Positions 1 to 9,926 of a stretch of 55,825 nucleotides of DNA are shown piece after piece; position 1 is the stretch's first letter, and every line of letters begins with the position of its first letter. The DNA lies in assembly GCA_964561365.1 (NCBI GenBank), contig CAZLPF010000005.1:1-55825 (forward strand). Reading direction: 5' to 3'. Origin of the DNA: an uncultured Candidatus Saccharibacteria bacterium. Lineage in GTDB: Bacteria; Patescibacteriota; Doudnabacteria; UBA920. The translations under genes and the position numbers were made by a program. The notes under the pieces were generated by a model. It made no database searches and was not told the DNA's origin. It saw nothing but the letters and a program-made list of their open reading frames with translations.

Positions 1-2
1 AA

Positions 3-455
3 GGCTACGGCCCTTTCGGCACCGCGTTCTTGGTCGAGGCCGCCACCGACAACACGAACCGCACCTACAGCAACGTCCGCCACATTTTCACCAAGCACGG
101 CGGGAGTATCGGCGCCCAGGGGTCGGTGGCCTGGCAGTTTCAAACCAAGGGACAGATTCTGGTAGAACGGGTGGGGGACATGGGCAACCTCGAACTGGCA
201 GCGATCGACGCCGGGGCCGAAGACGTCCGCGAGTCAGCCGAGGGCCTCGAAGTTTACACCACGCCGGAAACGCTCTTAAAAATCCGCGATGCGCTCGCGG
301 CGGCGGGCGCGAGCATCGCCCAAGCTGAGATTATAAAAGAGTCGAGCCAGGGCACAGACCTGACTGAGGATCAGAAACCTAAAGTGGATACTCTCTTCGC
401 CGAACTCGAAAACGATGAAGACGTTATTGCCGTCCACACGTCGGCAAACCTCTAA
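3..455 (+). CDS. yebC: YebC/PmpR family protein, 5'-truncated by window edge
   Basis: GYGPFGTAFLVEAATDNTNRT...FTKHGG and ELENDEDVIAVHTS match the YebC C-terminal half; directly upstream of ruvC. Confidence 0.93.
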   Translation, partial: GYGPFGTAFLVEAATDNTNRTYSNVRHIFTKHGGSIGAQGSVAWQFQTKGQILVERVGDMGNLELAAIDAGAEDVRESAEGLEVYTTPETLLKIRDALAAAGASIAQAEIIKESSQGTDLTEDQKPKVDTLFAELENDEDVIAVHTSANL

Positions 456-459
456 CGGT

Positions 460-951
460 ATGGTTGTTTTGGGAATTGATCCAGGCACGGCGACGACCGG
501 ATTCGCCCTCGTGCGGGTCGCAAAGCAGGGCGCCAGCCCAGAGCCGCTCGAATTCGGCGTCGTAACCACCGACAAATCCTTGCCTGACGCTGAGCGGCTC
601 ACGGTGCTCGCCGGCGACCTGCGCACGCTCATAAAAAAATTCAAGCCGGGTACGGTGGCGGTCGAAAAACTCTATTTTGAAACGAACCAGAAGACGGCCA
701 TGGCCGTTTCCCAGGCGCGGGGCGTCTGCCTGCTCGTCTGTGCCGAAGCAGGCTTGCCGCTCGTCGAGTGCACGCCGCTCCAGGTCAAAAACTTCATTTG
801 CGGCTACGGCAAGGCCGACAAGAAACAGGTTCAGTACGTGGTCCAGCAAACGTTCAAATTGAAGCGCCTGCCCAAACCCGACGATGCGGCCGACGCGCTG
901 GCCATCGCCCTTTACGGCCTCCATTACGCCATGAAAGATAGGCTTAGGTAA
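460..951 (+). CDS. ruvC: Holliday junction resolvase RuvC
   Basis: VLGIDPG, VAVEKLYF, YGKADKKQV, PDDAADALAIA motifs; ATG at 460. Confidence 0.97.
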   Translation: MVVLGIDPGTATTGFALVRVAKQGASPEPLEFGVVTTDKSLPDAERLTVLAGDLRTLIKKFKPGTVAVEKLYFETNQKTAMAVSQARGVCLLVCAEAGLPLVECTPLQVKNFICGYGKADKKQVQYVVQQTFKLKRLPKPDDAADALAIALYGLHYAMKDRLR

Positions 952-1029
952 GCGCGAAACAAGTGCAAACGACCGGCGTATTACTGTTCGGTACCATTTT
1001 CGCCCCCAAAGGGGCTAGAAAGGACCGTT

Positions 1030-1134
1030 ATGTACGCGGAAGACGATACCAAGCAGAATGATGGCGGCATGGGCGATGAAGAAGAGAAGAAAAAGAAAGA
1101 AGACGAGTGGAAGCGTAAGCAGGGATCCCAGTAG
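1030..1134 (+). CDS. Small highly charged hypothetical protein (34 aa)
   Basis: AAGGA about 7 nt before ATG; MYAEDDTKQNDGGMGDEEEKKKKEDEWKRKQGSQ; followed at once by a terminator-like palindrome. Confidence 0.5.
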   Translation: MYAEDDTKQNDGGMGDEEEKKKKEDEWKRKQGSQ

Positions 1135-1135
1135 C

Positions 1136-1177
1136 AAAATCCACCCCGTCCGCCAGCTGGCGGACGGGGTGGATTTT
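1136..1177. terminator. Bidirectional terminator-like perfect 42-bp palindrome
   Basis: AAAATCCACCCCGTCCGCCAG|CTGGCGGACGGGGTGGATTTT between convergent genes. Confidence 0.8.
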
Positions 1178-1185
1178 TATTTCTG

Positions 1186-2373
1186 CTAGCTGATTTTGAG
1201 AAAGCGACGCTTGCCGACCTGGAACCGGTACTCGATTTTTCCGTCGAGCGTGATTGAAAGATTTGCGGCGGCAACCTCGCCGTTGATGCGTACGCCGCTT
1301 TGGTCCAGCAGGCGCCTGGCTTCGGACTTGCTCGGGGCGAGACTCGCGGCGACGAGCGCGTCCGCGACGTTCCAGCTGCCGGCCTTCAGTCGCTTTCGCT
1401 CCACGTCCTCGGGTCCCGACTTTTCGCGAAAAAGTTTGATGAAGCCGGATTGGGCGGCGGCGGCGGCTTTCGCGCCGTGGTAGAGCGCGGTAACTTCGAA
1501 CGCGAGCCGCTCCTTCTGGTCGCGCGGCCGCTCCTGTTGCAAAACCTTTTTTACATCGGCGAGCTCTACGTCGGTCGCGAGCGTAAAGTAGCGCTCGATC
1601 AAACCGTCGGGAATAGACATGATCTTACCGAACATGTCGGTCGCCGAATCGGTCAGGTTCACGACGTTGCCCCACGAAGACGACATTTTCCGGCCGTCGG
1701 TGCCCTCGAGGAGTTCGGTCATTAAAATGTTCTGCGGGCGCTGGCCGTAGGCTTTCTGAATGACGCGTCCGGCCAAGAGGTTGAATTTCTGGTCCGTGCC
1801 GCCGAGCTCGACGTCGGCTTTCACCGCCACCGAATCGTAGCCCTGCATGAGCGGGTAGAGCAGCTCGCGCACGCTGACGCGCTTGCCGGCCTTCATGCGC
1901 CTCGCAATGTTTTCGCGCGCCTCGAACTCGTGGAGGCCGAACAGGTCGGCGAGCCGGCCGACGTCGGCGAAGCCAAGCTTCTTGAGCCACTTCGAGTTGT
2001 AGGAGAGCTCAGCCTTCTTGAGGTCGATAATCTTACCAGCCTGGGCGAAGTAGTCTTTCAGGTTCTTTTTAATCTGGGCCTCCTGGAGCATGGGCCGCTC
2101 GCTGTCTTTGTCCGAGGTGTCGCCAATGAGGCCGGTGAAGTCGCCGACAATAAACACGACCTTGTGGCCGAGCCGCTGGAAGGCCCGGAGCTTGCGGAGG
2201 ACCACCGCGCGGCCGAGGTGGAGGTTCGGGCTCGTGGGGTCAATGCCGAGCTTAACCCGGAGCTTCTTCGTGCCCGTGAGCTGGCGCTCGAGGTCGGTAC
2301 GGTCAATGGCTTCAGCGACGCCTCGGGTCAGAATGCTCCGGACGGCTTCTGCTTTGTTCTGTTTGGGAGGCAT
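1186..2373 (-). CDS. tyrS: Tyrosine-tRNA ligase
   Basis: GIDPTSPNLHLG (HIGH-like), LMQGYD, GGTDQKFN, KMSSS, C-terminal S4 domain. Confidence 0.98.
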   Translation of the reverse strand: MPPKQNKAEAVRSILTRGVAEAIDRTDLERQLTGTKKLRVKLGIDPTSPNLHLGRAVVLRKLRAFQRLGHKVVFIVGDFTGLIGDTSDKDSERPMLQEAQIKKNLKDYFAQAGKIIDLKKAELSYNSKWLKKLGFADVGRLADLFGLHEFEARENIARRMKAGKRVSVRELLYPLMQGYDSVAVKADVELGGTDQKFNLLAGRVIQKAYGQRPQNILMTELLEGTDGRKMSSSWGNVVNLTDSATDMFGKIMSIPDGLIERYFTLATDVELADVKKVLQQERPRDQKERLAFEVTALYHGAKAAAAAQSGFIKLFREKSGPEDVERKRLKAGSWNVADALVAASLAPSKSEARRLLDQSGVRINGEVAAANLSITLDGKIEYRFQVGKRRFLKIS

Positions 2374-2443
2374 GGCGAAATTATAGCGTAGCTAAGGGTA
2401 GAAGCGGTAGCGGCAGGGGCTTTTGGGCGGTATACTGTAGCCC

Positions 2444-5011
2444 ATGAGGATATACACGTACGGCTTCAGCGGCAAGCCGGCCCCGAAGGTAAAAATCCGC
2501 AAAAAGAAGCGAAACTGGACCCGAAAGGTACTCGTCTGGGGTTTCCGGCTCGCCGCGGTGGGTTTTCTGGTAGTCGCGCTCACCGTCCTGTACTTCGCGA
2601 AAGATTTGCCCGACCCCAGCCGCCTGGCCGAGCGAGACGTGGTCGAGTCCACGAAAATTTTCGCCCGCAACGGGGAACTTCTGTACGAGGTCCACGGCGA
2701 TGCCAAGCGCACGGCCGTAAGCCTCGACCAGGTTGCCCCCGCGGCCAAGCAGGCGGTCATCGCCATTGAAGATAAGGACTTCTACCGCCACGGGGGCATC
2801 TCCATCCGCGGCATGCTCCGCTCGGTCCTCCGGCTCGCGCTCAACCTGAACGCGAGCGGCGGCAGCGGCAGCACCCTGACCCAGCAGTTCGTAAAAAACG
2901 CCATTCTCACGAACGAGCGCTCGCCGACCCGAAAGCTCCGCGAAATTATTTTGAGCGTCACGCTCGAGGCCCGCTACTCGAAAAATGAAATCCTCAGCTT
3001 CTACCTGAACGAGATTCCCTGGGGCCGGAACGCCTACGGCGTCGAGGCCGCGGCAGACAGCTACTTCGGCAAGCACGCCGAGGATCTCGACCTCGCCGAG
3101 TCCGCGTACCTCGCGGCCCTCATCCAGTCGCCGACGCGCTACAACCCGTTCGGCCCGAACCGCGCCACCCTGGACGGCCGCAAGGACTACGTCCTGCAGC
3201 TCATGCGGGAGCAGGGCTACATTACCGACGCGCAGAAAACGGAAGCCGCGGCCGAGCAGGTGACATTCCAGCCCGGCAAGGCCACGCTCCGCGCGCCGCA
3301 CTTCACGCTCTGGGTTCAGGACTACCTCGCGGCCCGCTACGGCGAGAAAACGGTGCAGGAGGGCGGCCTCAAAGTCTACACGACGCTCGACATGCGCATG
3401 CAGGAAATTGCCGAGCGGGCGGTGCAGGAGGGCGTCGAAAAGAACAGCAAGAAGTACGGGGCGAGCAACGCCGCGCTCGTCGCCATTGAGCCCGGCACCG
3501 GGCAGATTCTCGCCATGGTCGGCAGCAAGGACTACTTCGGCGACCCCGAACCCGCCGGCTGCACGCCGGGGAAGAACTGCCGCTTTGAGCCGAACGTAAA
3601 CGTCGCCGTTGCCGAGCGGCAGCCCGGCTCGAGCTTCAAACCGTACGTGTACCTGACCGCCTTTTCCAAAGACCACGGTTACGCGCCGGCGACCATGCTC
3701 ACCGACGTCGTGACGAACTTCGGTACCTTCGCCGGCAAATCCTACATCCCCCAGGACTACGACGGTGGGGAGCGGGGACCGGTCTCAATGCGGAAAGCCT
3801 TGGCCGGGAGCCTGAACATTCCCGCGGTAAAAACGCTCGCGCTCGTAGGCGTCGACGACGCGGTCCAGACCGCGCGCAACCTCGGCATAACGAGCCCGCT
3901 GAAAGACTGCGGCCTCTCGCTCGTGCTCGGTGGCTGCGAAGTCCGGCTCGTCGACCACGTCGCGGCCTACAGCAGCATTGCCAACCACGGCACGAGGAAC
4001 GACCGGACCGCCATTTTGAAAGTCGAAGACCGCTCCGGCGCGGTGCTCGAGGAGTACCAGGCCCGCCCGCGCGAGGCGGTAGACCCCGAGGCCGCCTACC
4101 TGCTGACGAGCATAATGACCGACAACGGCGCCCGAACCTACATCTTCGGGCAAAACTCGCCCCTGACGCTAAAAGACCGCCCGGTGGCGGCCAAGACCGG
4201 CACCACGCAGAGCTGGCGCGACGGCTGGACCGTGGGCTTCACCCCGAGCCTGGCTGCGGGCGTCTGGGCGGGCAACAACGACGGCACGCTCATGCACAAG
4301 GGCGCGGACGGCGTGTTCGTTGCGGCGCCGATATGGAACCGCTTCATGGCCGAGGTGCTCGCGAGCACCACGCCCGAGCAGTTCCAGAAACCAGCCGGCA
4401 TCCAAACCGTCACCGTCGACGAGGTTTCGGGCAAGCTGCCGACTGACCTGACCCCGACCACGAAGGGCGAGGTGTTCGCGAGCTACGCCCCCCCGAAAGA
4501 GCACGACGACGTGCACATTGCCGTAAAGATCGACGCGACAACCGGCCAGCCAGCGACCGCGCTCACCCCGCCGGACCAAACCCTCTCGGTCACCTACCAG
4601 GTCATTCACAGCGAACGGCCAGACGACCCGGCCTGGGAGCAGCCGGTGCTCGAGTGGGCCGCCACCCACGGCTTCGGCATCCCCGCGCCGGGTACCGCCA
4701 CCTCCACGGTGGGAACGGCAACCGGCACGCGACCGACGGTGACCTTCCTCTCGCCGAGCCAGGGCGGGAACGTGAGCGTGCTACCCCTAACCGTCTCGGT
4801 GAGCGCGAAGTCCGACCAGCCGATTGCCCGCGTTGACCTCTCGGTCGACGGCCTGTTCTACCAGAGCCTGACCGCGCCGCCGTACCTGTACACGGTCACG
4901 AGAACCTTGAGCCCCGGCCGGCACACGCTCGCTGCCACCGCGGTCAGCGGCGACGGCGGCGTTGGGCAGACGAGCATGCAGTTCACCGTAACCGCGCCCG
5001 AAAACCCCTAG
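2444..5011 (+). CDS. Class A penicillin-binding protein (PBP1A family) with C-terminal Ig-like domain
   Basis: TM anchor, EDKDFYRHGG, GSTLTQQFVKN, RKLRE; transpeptidase SSFK, SLN, KTG; VARVDLSVDG...APPY Ig-like tail. Confidence 0.95.
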   Translation: MRIYTYGFSGKPAPKVKIRKKKRNWTRKVLVWGFRLAAVGFLVVALTVLYFAKDLPDPSRLAERDVVESTKIFARNGELLYEVHGDAKRTAVSLDQVAPAAKQAVIAIEDKDFYRHGGISIRGMLRSVLRLALNLNASGGSGSTLTQQFVKNAILTNERSPTRKLREIILSVTLEARYSKNEILSFYLNEIPWGRNAYGVEAAADSYFGKHAEDLDLAESAYLAALIQSPTRYNPFGPNRATLDGRKDYVLQLMREQGYITDAQKTEAAAEQVTFQPGKATLRAPHFTLWVQDYLAARYGEKTVQEGGLKVYTTLDMRMQEIAERAVQEGVEKNSKKYGASNAALVAIEPGTGQILAMVGSKDYFGDPEPAGCTPGKNCRFEPNVNVAVAERQPGSSFKPYVYLTAFSKDHGYAPATMLTDVVTNFGTFAGKSYIPQDYDGGERGPVSMRKALAGSLNIPAVKTLALVGVDDAVQTARNLGITSPLKDCGLSLVLGGCEVRLVDHVAAYSSIANHGTRNDRTAILKVEDRSGAVLEEYQARPREAVDPEAAYLLTSIMTDNGARTYIFGQNSPLTLKDRPVAAKTGTTQSWRDGWTVGFTPSLAAGVWAGNNDGTLMHKGADGVFVAAPIWNRFMAEVLASTTPEQFQKPAGIQTVTVDEVSGKLPTDLTPTTKGEVFASYAPPKEHDDVHIAVKIDATTGQPATALTPPDQTLSVTYQVIHSERPDDPAWEQPVLEWAATHGFGIPAPGTATSTVGTATGTRPTVTFLSPSQGGNVSVLPLTVSVSAKSDQPIARVDLSVDGLFYQSLTAPPYLYTVTRTLSPGRHTLAATAVSGDGGVGQTSMQFTVTAPENP

Positions 5012-5016
5012 CCGCC

Positions 5017-6201
5017 ATGCCGCTCGCGCCGCTCGCCGCGCTCTTGACCCTGCTCCTCCCGCTCTACGCCTGGCGTTTTTCCCCCGGGGGCCTGCCGCTG
5101 AACGCGCTGCTGCTCGGCGACGCGATCTTCTGCGCCGCGGTCTTTGCGCTCTCGCTGGGGCGCACGGCCTCCGGCCCCGCTAGGTTCAACAAAACCGCGG
5201 CCGGCCTTGGCGCCCTGCTCGTTGCGGCGGCCGGCACGGCCTCGTTTTTCATAAACCACGGCTCGCGCGCCGGCCTCGGCCAGCTCATGGTCCTCGCCCT
5301 CGAGCCCGCGGCAACCTACTTCGCAATCCGCGCTGCGGTCTCCCGCGAACCGCGGACCGAAGCTTGGGTCAGGGCCGCGCTCTACCTGCTCGTGGGCTCA
5401 GCCGGAGCGCTCGCCCTCGTGCAGTACTTCACGCTCCACGGGCTCGACCCCATGTTCTGGGGCAACGCGCTCGAACCCAAGCGCGCCACCGCGTTCTTTG
5501 CCCACCCGAATTTCTACGCGCTGCTGGCAGCCCCGAGCCTCGCCTACCTCCTACCCGACGCCGCCCGCATCTTCACCGAACAAAAAAATAAATTTAGGAT
5601 CGCAAGCGCAGCCGCCTGGCTACTCGGCGCCGCGGGCCTGCTCCTCTCGCTCTCACGCGCGGGCTGGCTCGGCCTCGGCGCCGCGGTCATCGTCTACGGA
5701 ATTGCCGCCGGTAACCGGAACACCAAACGCGCGGTAGGCGCAGCTATCATCGCCGTCGCCGTGGTGGTCGCCGCCGTGCCGAACCTCCGCTGGCGCGTGC
5801 TGCTCCCGTTCTACGGGGAGCGTTCGGCGAGCTCGCGCACCGAGCTCTGGGCCGCGGGCGGCCGGGCTGTTTCCGCGAGCCCGATCTTCGGCCTCGGGCC
5901 CGGGGGCTTCGGCGAGCAATTCAATCGCTACGCGCCCGGTTTTCCCGAACACCACAACCACCCCCACAACGTGGTGCTGGGCGTCTGGCTCGAGCTCGGC
6001 CTCCTCGGGCTGCTCGGCTTCCTGCTGGCCTGCGCAGCCGGCCTCGCAGGCGCCTGGCGCCTGCGCCGCACGAGCTTGCCCGCCCTCGGCGCCGGCCTCG
6101 CCGTCGTCGTCGTGCTCAGCCAGGGCATGCTCGACGGCGCCTACGTGAAGAACGATCTCGCGCTGCTGTTCTGGATGCTGCTCGCCCTGGGCGGCGCCTG
6201 A
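5017..6201 (+). CDS. O-antigen ligase family membrane protein
   Basis: Multi-TM; RATAFFAHPN, SLSRAGW, HNHPHN motifs. Confidence 0.88.
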   Translation: MPLAPLAALLTLLLPLYAWRFSPGGLPLNALLLGDAIFCAAVFALSLGRTASGPARFNKTAAGLGALLVAAAGTASFFINHGSRAGLGQLMVLALEPAATYFAIRAAVSREPRTEAWVRAALYLLVGSAGALALVQYFTLHGLDPMFWGNALEPKRATAFFAHPNFYALLAAPSLAYLLPDAARIFTEQKNKFRIASAAAWLLGAAGLLLSLSRAGWLGLGAAVIVYGIAAGNRNTKRAVGAAIIAVAVVVAAVPNLRWRVLLPFYGERSASSRTELWAAGGRAVSASPIFGLGPGGFGEQFNRYAPGFPEHHNHPHNVVLGVWLELGLLGLLGFLLACAAGLAGAWRLRRTSLPALGAGLAVVVVLSQGMLDGAYVKNDLALLFWMLLALGGA

Positions 6202-6210
6202 TACAAACAG

Positions 6211-6248
6211 TTAAAAATCCTCTCCCGCTTTCAGGAGAGGATTTTTAA
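6211..6248. terminator. Bidirectional intrinsic terminator
   Basis: 15-bp stem TTAAAAATCCTCTCC/GGAGAGGATTTTTAA between convergent genes. Confidence 0.8.
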
Positions 6249-6253
6249 TTCGG

Positions 6254-6724
6254 TTAGCGCTTCGGGCGAATGGTCACGTAGCGGTACGGGTCCTGGCCGA
6301 GGCTCTCGGTTTCGAGGCCGGCGTGGTTCTCGGTCAGGTAGCTGTGAACGTAGCGGCGCTCGTAGCTCGGCATGGGCTTGAGCTTCACCGGCTTACCGGT
6401 CTTCTCGACGTGCTCGGCCGCGGCCTTGGCGGTTTCCTTCAGGTACCACTCGCGCTTGCGGCGGTAGTCGTCGACGTCGATGGTAAAGCGGAACATGGCG
6501 GCTCCGGGCACCCGCTTGCTCGCAATGCCGTGCGCGAGGACCTGGAGGGCGTGGAGCGTCGCGCCCTGGCGGCCAATGAGCAGCCGCGAATCGCGCGCCT
6601 GGACATTGTAGACCGGGCCCATGGTGATGCTGTCTTCGAACTCCACCTCGGCCTCGAGGCCAAGCGAGGCGAGGAGCTCGCCGACGATTTTCTTGACCTC
6701 CTCGGCAACCGGTTGCTGTTCCAT
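6254..6724 (-). CDS. Jag/EloR-like KH-R3H RNA-binding protein (short form)
   Basis: LIGRQGATLHALQ KH motif, DVDDYRRKRE, LKPMPSYERRYVH R3H; downstream of yidC. Confidence 0.9.
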   Translation of the reverse strand: MEQQPVAEEVKKIVGELLASLGLEAEVEFEDSITMGPVYNVQARDSRLLIGRQGATLHALQVLAHGIASKRVPGAAMFRFTIDVDDYRRKREWYLKETAKAAAEHVEKTGKPVKLKPMPSYERRYVHSYLTENHAGLETESLGQDPYRYVTIRPKR

Positions 6725-6797
6725 AAAGGTTGGTTCCGATTAGTGCTCAGGCGTCCGGCAGCTTCCAAAACCGGGGGAAGCGGCGGGGCGCCCGGGT

Positions 6798-7505
6798 CTA
6801 AACGATCTGGGCGGCGGGGGGGCGGTGGGTGCGCTTGATGTAGTACTGCTGGGCGACCGTGAACAGGGTCGTGGCGATCCAGTAGAGCGGCAGCCCGGCG
6901 GGGAGCTTCCAGGCAATGAAGACGCTCACGGCGGGCAGGAGGTACGTGGTCTGGAGCTGAATGGCGCGGGCGGTAGGGTCTTGGGTCTTCGTCTTCGGCA
7001 GCATGAGCCAGCCCTGCCAGAGCTGGGACAGGCCGGCGATAATGGCGAAAATCCAGGACGGCTGCGAAAGGTCGACGAGGTGGAGGAAGCGGGGATCTAG
7101 GTGCCCCGGGTTCGAAACGAACGGGTACAGCCCGGAGAGGTCGCTCTTGAGCGCCTTGCCGAAGACCTGGTAGAGGGCGATGAGCACCGGCAGCTGGACC
7201 AGGAGCGGCAGGCACGAGGACAAGGGGTTGATCTTGTGCTCGCGGTAGAGGTCCATCATGGCCTTGGCCTGGGCCTCGCGGTTGTCTTTGTGCTGCTCGC
7301 GCAGCTGGTCGAGCTTCGGCTGGAGGTCGGACATGGCCTGCTGGCTCTTGAGCGACTTACCGAAACTCGGGGCCAGCGCCAGGCGAATGAGCCCGGTGAT
7401 CAGGATGATGGCAACGCCGACGTCGGGAATGAGGTGGTAGGAACCGACGAGGAGGTTCAGGAGCGGCCGGTAGATGACCTCATTGTAGGCGGTGGTAAGA
7501 AACAC
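6798..7505 (-). CDS. yidC: Membrane protein insertase YidC/Oxa1
   Basis: LQPKLDQLREQHK, NPLSSCLPLLVQLPV, LPAGLPLYW; GTG start. Confidence 0.95.
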   Translation of the reverse strand: MFLTTAYNEVIYRPLLNLLVGSYHLIPDVGVAIILITGLIRLALAPSFGKSLKSQQAMSDLQPKLDQLREQHKDNREAQAKAMMDLYREHKINPLSSCLPLLVQLPVLIALYQVFGKALKSDLSGLYPFVSNPGHLDPRFLHLVDLSQPSWIFAIIAGLSQLWQGWLMLPKTKTQDPTARAIQLQTTYLLPAVSVFIAWKLPAGLPLYWIATTLFTVAQQYYIKRTHRPPAAQIV

Positions 7506-7514
7506 GGAAAAAAG

Positions 7515-7784
7515 TTAGATCGTCAGGGGTACGGGATCGACACTCGGCTCGGCCCAGGGGTGGCAGCGCAGCAGCCGGCCGGCGGCCAGGAGGGAACCAC
7601 TCGCCGCGCCGTGGCGGGAAATAGCGGTTAACGCGTACTGGCTGCAGCTCGGGTAGTGGCGGCAGTACCCGTAAGGGTAGCGGGCCTTCAGCCAGCTGTG
7701 GTCGGGGGACAGCGTGGCTTGGTAGAGGCGGATGAGGGAAACCAGGACCGCCTTCGGGAGCGCTGAAATTTTCGAAAATCTCAT
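7515..7784 (-). CDS. yidD: Membrane protein insertion efficiency factor YidD
   Basis: CRHYPSCSQYA, RLLRCHPW; ATG at 7784. Confidence 0.93.
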   Translation of the reverse strand: MRFSKISALPKAVLVSLIRLYQATLSPDHSWLKARYPYGYCRHYPSCSQYALTAISRHGAASGSLLAAGRLLRCHPWAEPSVDPVPLTI

Positions 7785-7786
7785 TT

Positions 7787-8122
7787 TCACGGTTTTTTTC
7801 GCAAAATGCGGGCGGTCAGATCTTTGAGATCGGCAATAACCGTCTTGTCCTCGGCCTTTCCGCACGGCTGCCGGGCCGCCACGACGTAGTCGCCGGGCGG
7901 GAAACTCAACAGGTTGCGCTTCAGGTGCTCCCGCACAATGCGTTTAATGCGGTTTCGGCGGACTGCCGACTTGGAAACCTTGGTCGAAACCACGACCGCG
8001 AAGCGCGTAACCGGCCCCGGTGAGTAGCGGATGCTGAACGAGCGGTTGAAAAACCCTCGGCCCCTGGCGACCACCCGCTCCACGTCGCCCGACTTACCCA
8101 GCCGGTGGGTTTTTTTCAGCAT
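7787..8122 (-). CDS. rnpA: Ribonuclease P protein component
   Basis: RFAVVVSTKVSKSAVRRNRIKR motif; conserved position after rpmH. Confidence 0.95.
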   Translation of the reverse strand: MLKKTHRLGKSGDVERVVARGRGFFNRSFSIRYSPGPVTRFAVVVSTKVSKSAVRRNRIKRIVREHLKRNLLSFPPGDYVVAARQPCGKAEDKTVIADLKDLTARILRKKP

Positions 8123-8134
8123 CCGATAAAAATA

Positions 8135-8281
8135 CTACTTCTTGCCTACGACGGTCAGGCGCTTGCGGCCCTTTTCCCGGCGTTTCTTGATGACGGTCCT
8201 GCCCGCGCGGGTCCGCATGCGGGCCCGGAAGCCGTGGCGGCGAGCCCGGCGCTTCGTCTTAGGCTGGTACGTTCGTTTCAT
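8135..8281 (-). CDS. rpmH: 50S ribosomal protein L34
   Basis: Read manually (not in ORF track): [48 protein letters not shown]. Confidence 0.97.
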   Translation of the reverse strand: MKRTYQPKTKRRARRHGFRARMRTRAGRTVIKKRREKGRKRLTVVGKK

Positions 8282-8573
8282 GCTCGTTTCTCCGTGCGAC
8301 GGGGGAGCGAAGGTGTTTCAAATTCCGCTTTTTAGCCCTGCGTCTGCAGGGGTAATTGTACGGAAATATTTTCATCCGGTCAATTGCCGGGTGATCCTAA
8401 AAAATGACGCACAGTTTTTGCACAACATATAAACAAGAAGATAAAAAGTCCTCTTAAATAAGAGGTTATTGAGAAAATTTACATGTTGATAAGTGGTTGT
8501 TAGAATACGTTGAGTTCAAGAGCCCTTGGGTCCGTTCGATAGAAAAAACAAGCGTACCGACACCAAAGAACGC
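8282..8573. promoter_or_regulatory. rpmH-dnaA intergenic region with DnaA boxes
   Basis: AT-rich; TTTTGCACA (8416-8424) fits TTWTNCACA; TGTTGATAA (8484-8492) is a one-mismatch box on the minus strand. Confidence 0.6.
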
Positions 8574-9926
8574 ATGAATAATCAGCAGCTCTGGCAAGCC
8601 ATTCTCGGAAGCTTAGAGGTTTCGCTCTCGAAGGCGAACTTCAACACCTGGTTTAAGAACACCGGTATCGTCGACCGCGGCGACACCTACATTATCGTCG
8701 GGGTACCGAGCGCCTTTAGCCGAGACTGGATCGCGGCCAAGTACCACCAGGAAATGCTTAAAAGCTTGAAAGGTATTGCCCCCGAGGTGCACGAGATCCG
8801 TTACCAGCTCGGCACGGCCAGCAAGCCAGCGGGCCAGCCTTCCCAGGGATCGAGCAGCGCTCCGCAGCCCTCGCACCAGCAGTCCGCAACCCCAGCGCAG
8901 CCCACCGTAGCGGGCCTGAACCCGCGCTACACGTTCGACACGCTCGTCATTGGCAAAAACAACGAGCTCGCAAACGCCGCCTGCGTGGCCGTGGCCAAGA
9001 ATCCCGGCAGCCAATACAACCCGCTCTTCCTCTACGGCGGCGTGGGCCTCGGCAAGACGCACCTCATGCAGGCCGTCGGCAACCGGCTGCTCGAAACCAA
9101 CCCACGGGCCCGCGTTCTGTACGCGACGAGCGAAAAATTCACGAACGATTACATCAACTCCATTCAGCAGAAGCGCACCGAGGAGTTCAAACGAGCCTAC
9201 CGCGACATTGACGCGCTGCTCATCGACGACATTCAGTTCCTCGCCGGCAAAGAGGGGACGCAGGAAGAATTCTTTCACACCTTCAACGACCTCCGCGATC
9301 GCGGCCGGCAAATTATCATCACCTCCGACCGCCCCCCGAAGGAGATTCCAGCCGTGGAGCAGCGGCTCATTTCCCGCTTCGAGTGGGGTATGGTCGCCGA
9401 CATCCAGGCCCCGGACCTCGAAACCCGCATGGCAATCTTGCGGACGAAGATGCAGAAGCGGAGCGTTGAGCTCGAAGAGGACATCCTTTTCTACATAGCC
9501 GAGAATATCCAGAGCAACGTCCGCGAGCTCGAGGGGGCCCTAAACCGCCTCGCTGTTTACCAGCAAATGGACAACCGGGCGCTCGTCTTAGACCAAGCTA
9601 AAAGCATTTTAGTCAGTGTGATTGGCGCTAAAAAGCGGGTGACCTCGGTCCGCAAGATTGCAGAAATGGTCGCTGAATTCTACAACGTCAGCTTCGACGA
9701 CCTCATCAAGCAATCGCGCAAGAAAGAGTATGTGAAGCCGCGCCAGGTCGCCATGTACCTCATCCGCCGCGAGCTCGATTCGAGCTTTCCGTCAATTGGA
9801 GAATTCTTCGGCGGACGCGACCACACCACGGTCATGCATGCCGTCGACAAGATCGGGAAAATGGTTGAGCAGAAGAACGGGTTCAAACAAGAGGTGGATC
9901 TCATTATGGATAAGTTGTTCGTGTAG
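8574..9926 (+). CDS. dnaA: Chromosomal replication initiator DnaA
   Basis: [35 protein letters not shown]; ATG at 8574. Confidence 0.99.
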   Translation: MNNQQLWQAILGSLEVSLSKANFNTWFKNTGIVDRGDTYIIVGVPSAFSRDWIAAKYHQEMLKSLKGIAPEVHEIRYQLGTASKPAGQPSQGSSSAPQPSHQQSATPAQPTVAGLNPRYTFDTLVIGKNNELANAACVAVAKNPGSQYNPLFLYGGVGLGKTHLMQAVGNRLLETNPRARVLYATSEKFTNDYINSIQQKRTEEFKRAYRDIDALLIDDIQFLAGKEGTQEEFFHTFNDLRDRGRQIIITSDRPPKEIPAVEQRLISRFEWGMVADIQAPDLETRMAILRTKMQKRSVELEEDILFYIAENIQSNVRELEGALNRLAVYQQMDNRALVLDQAKSILVSVIGAKKRVTSVRKIAEMVAEFYNVSFDDLIKQSRKKEYVKPRQVAMYLIRRELDSSFPSIGEFFGGRDHTTVMHAVDKIGKMVEQKNGFKQEVDLIMDKLFV

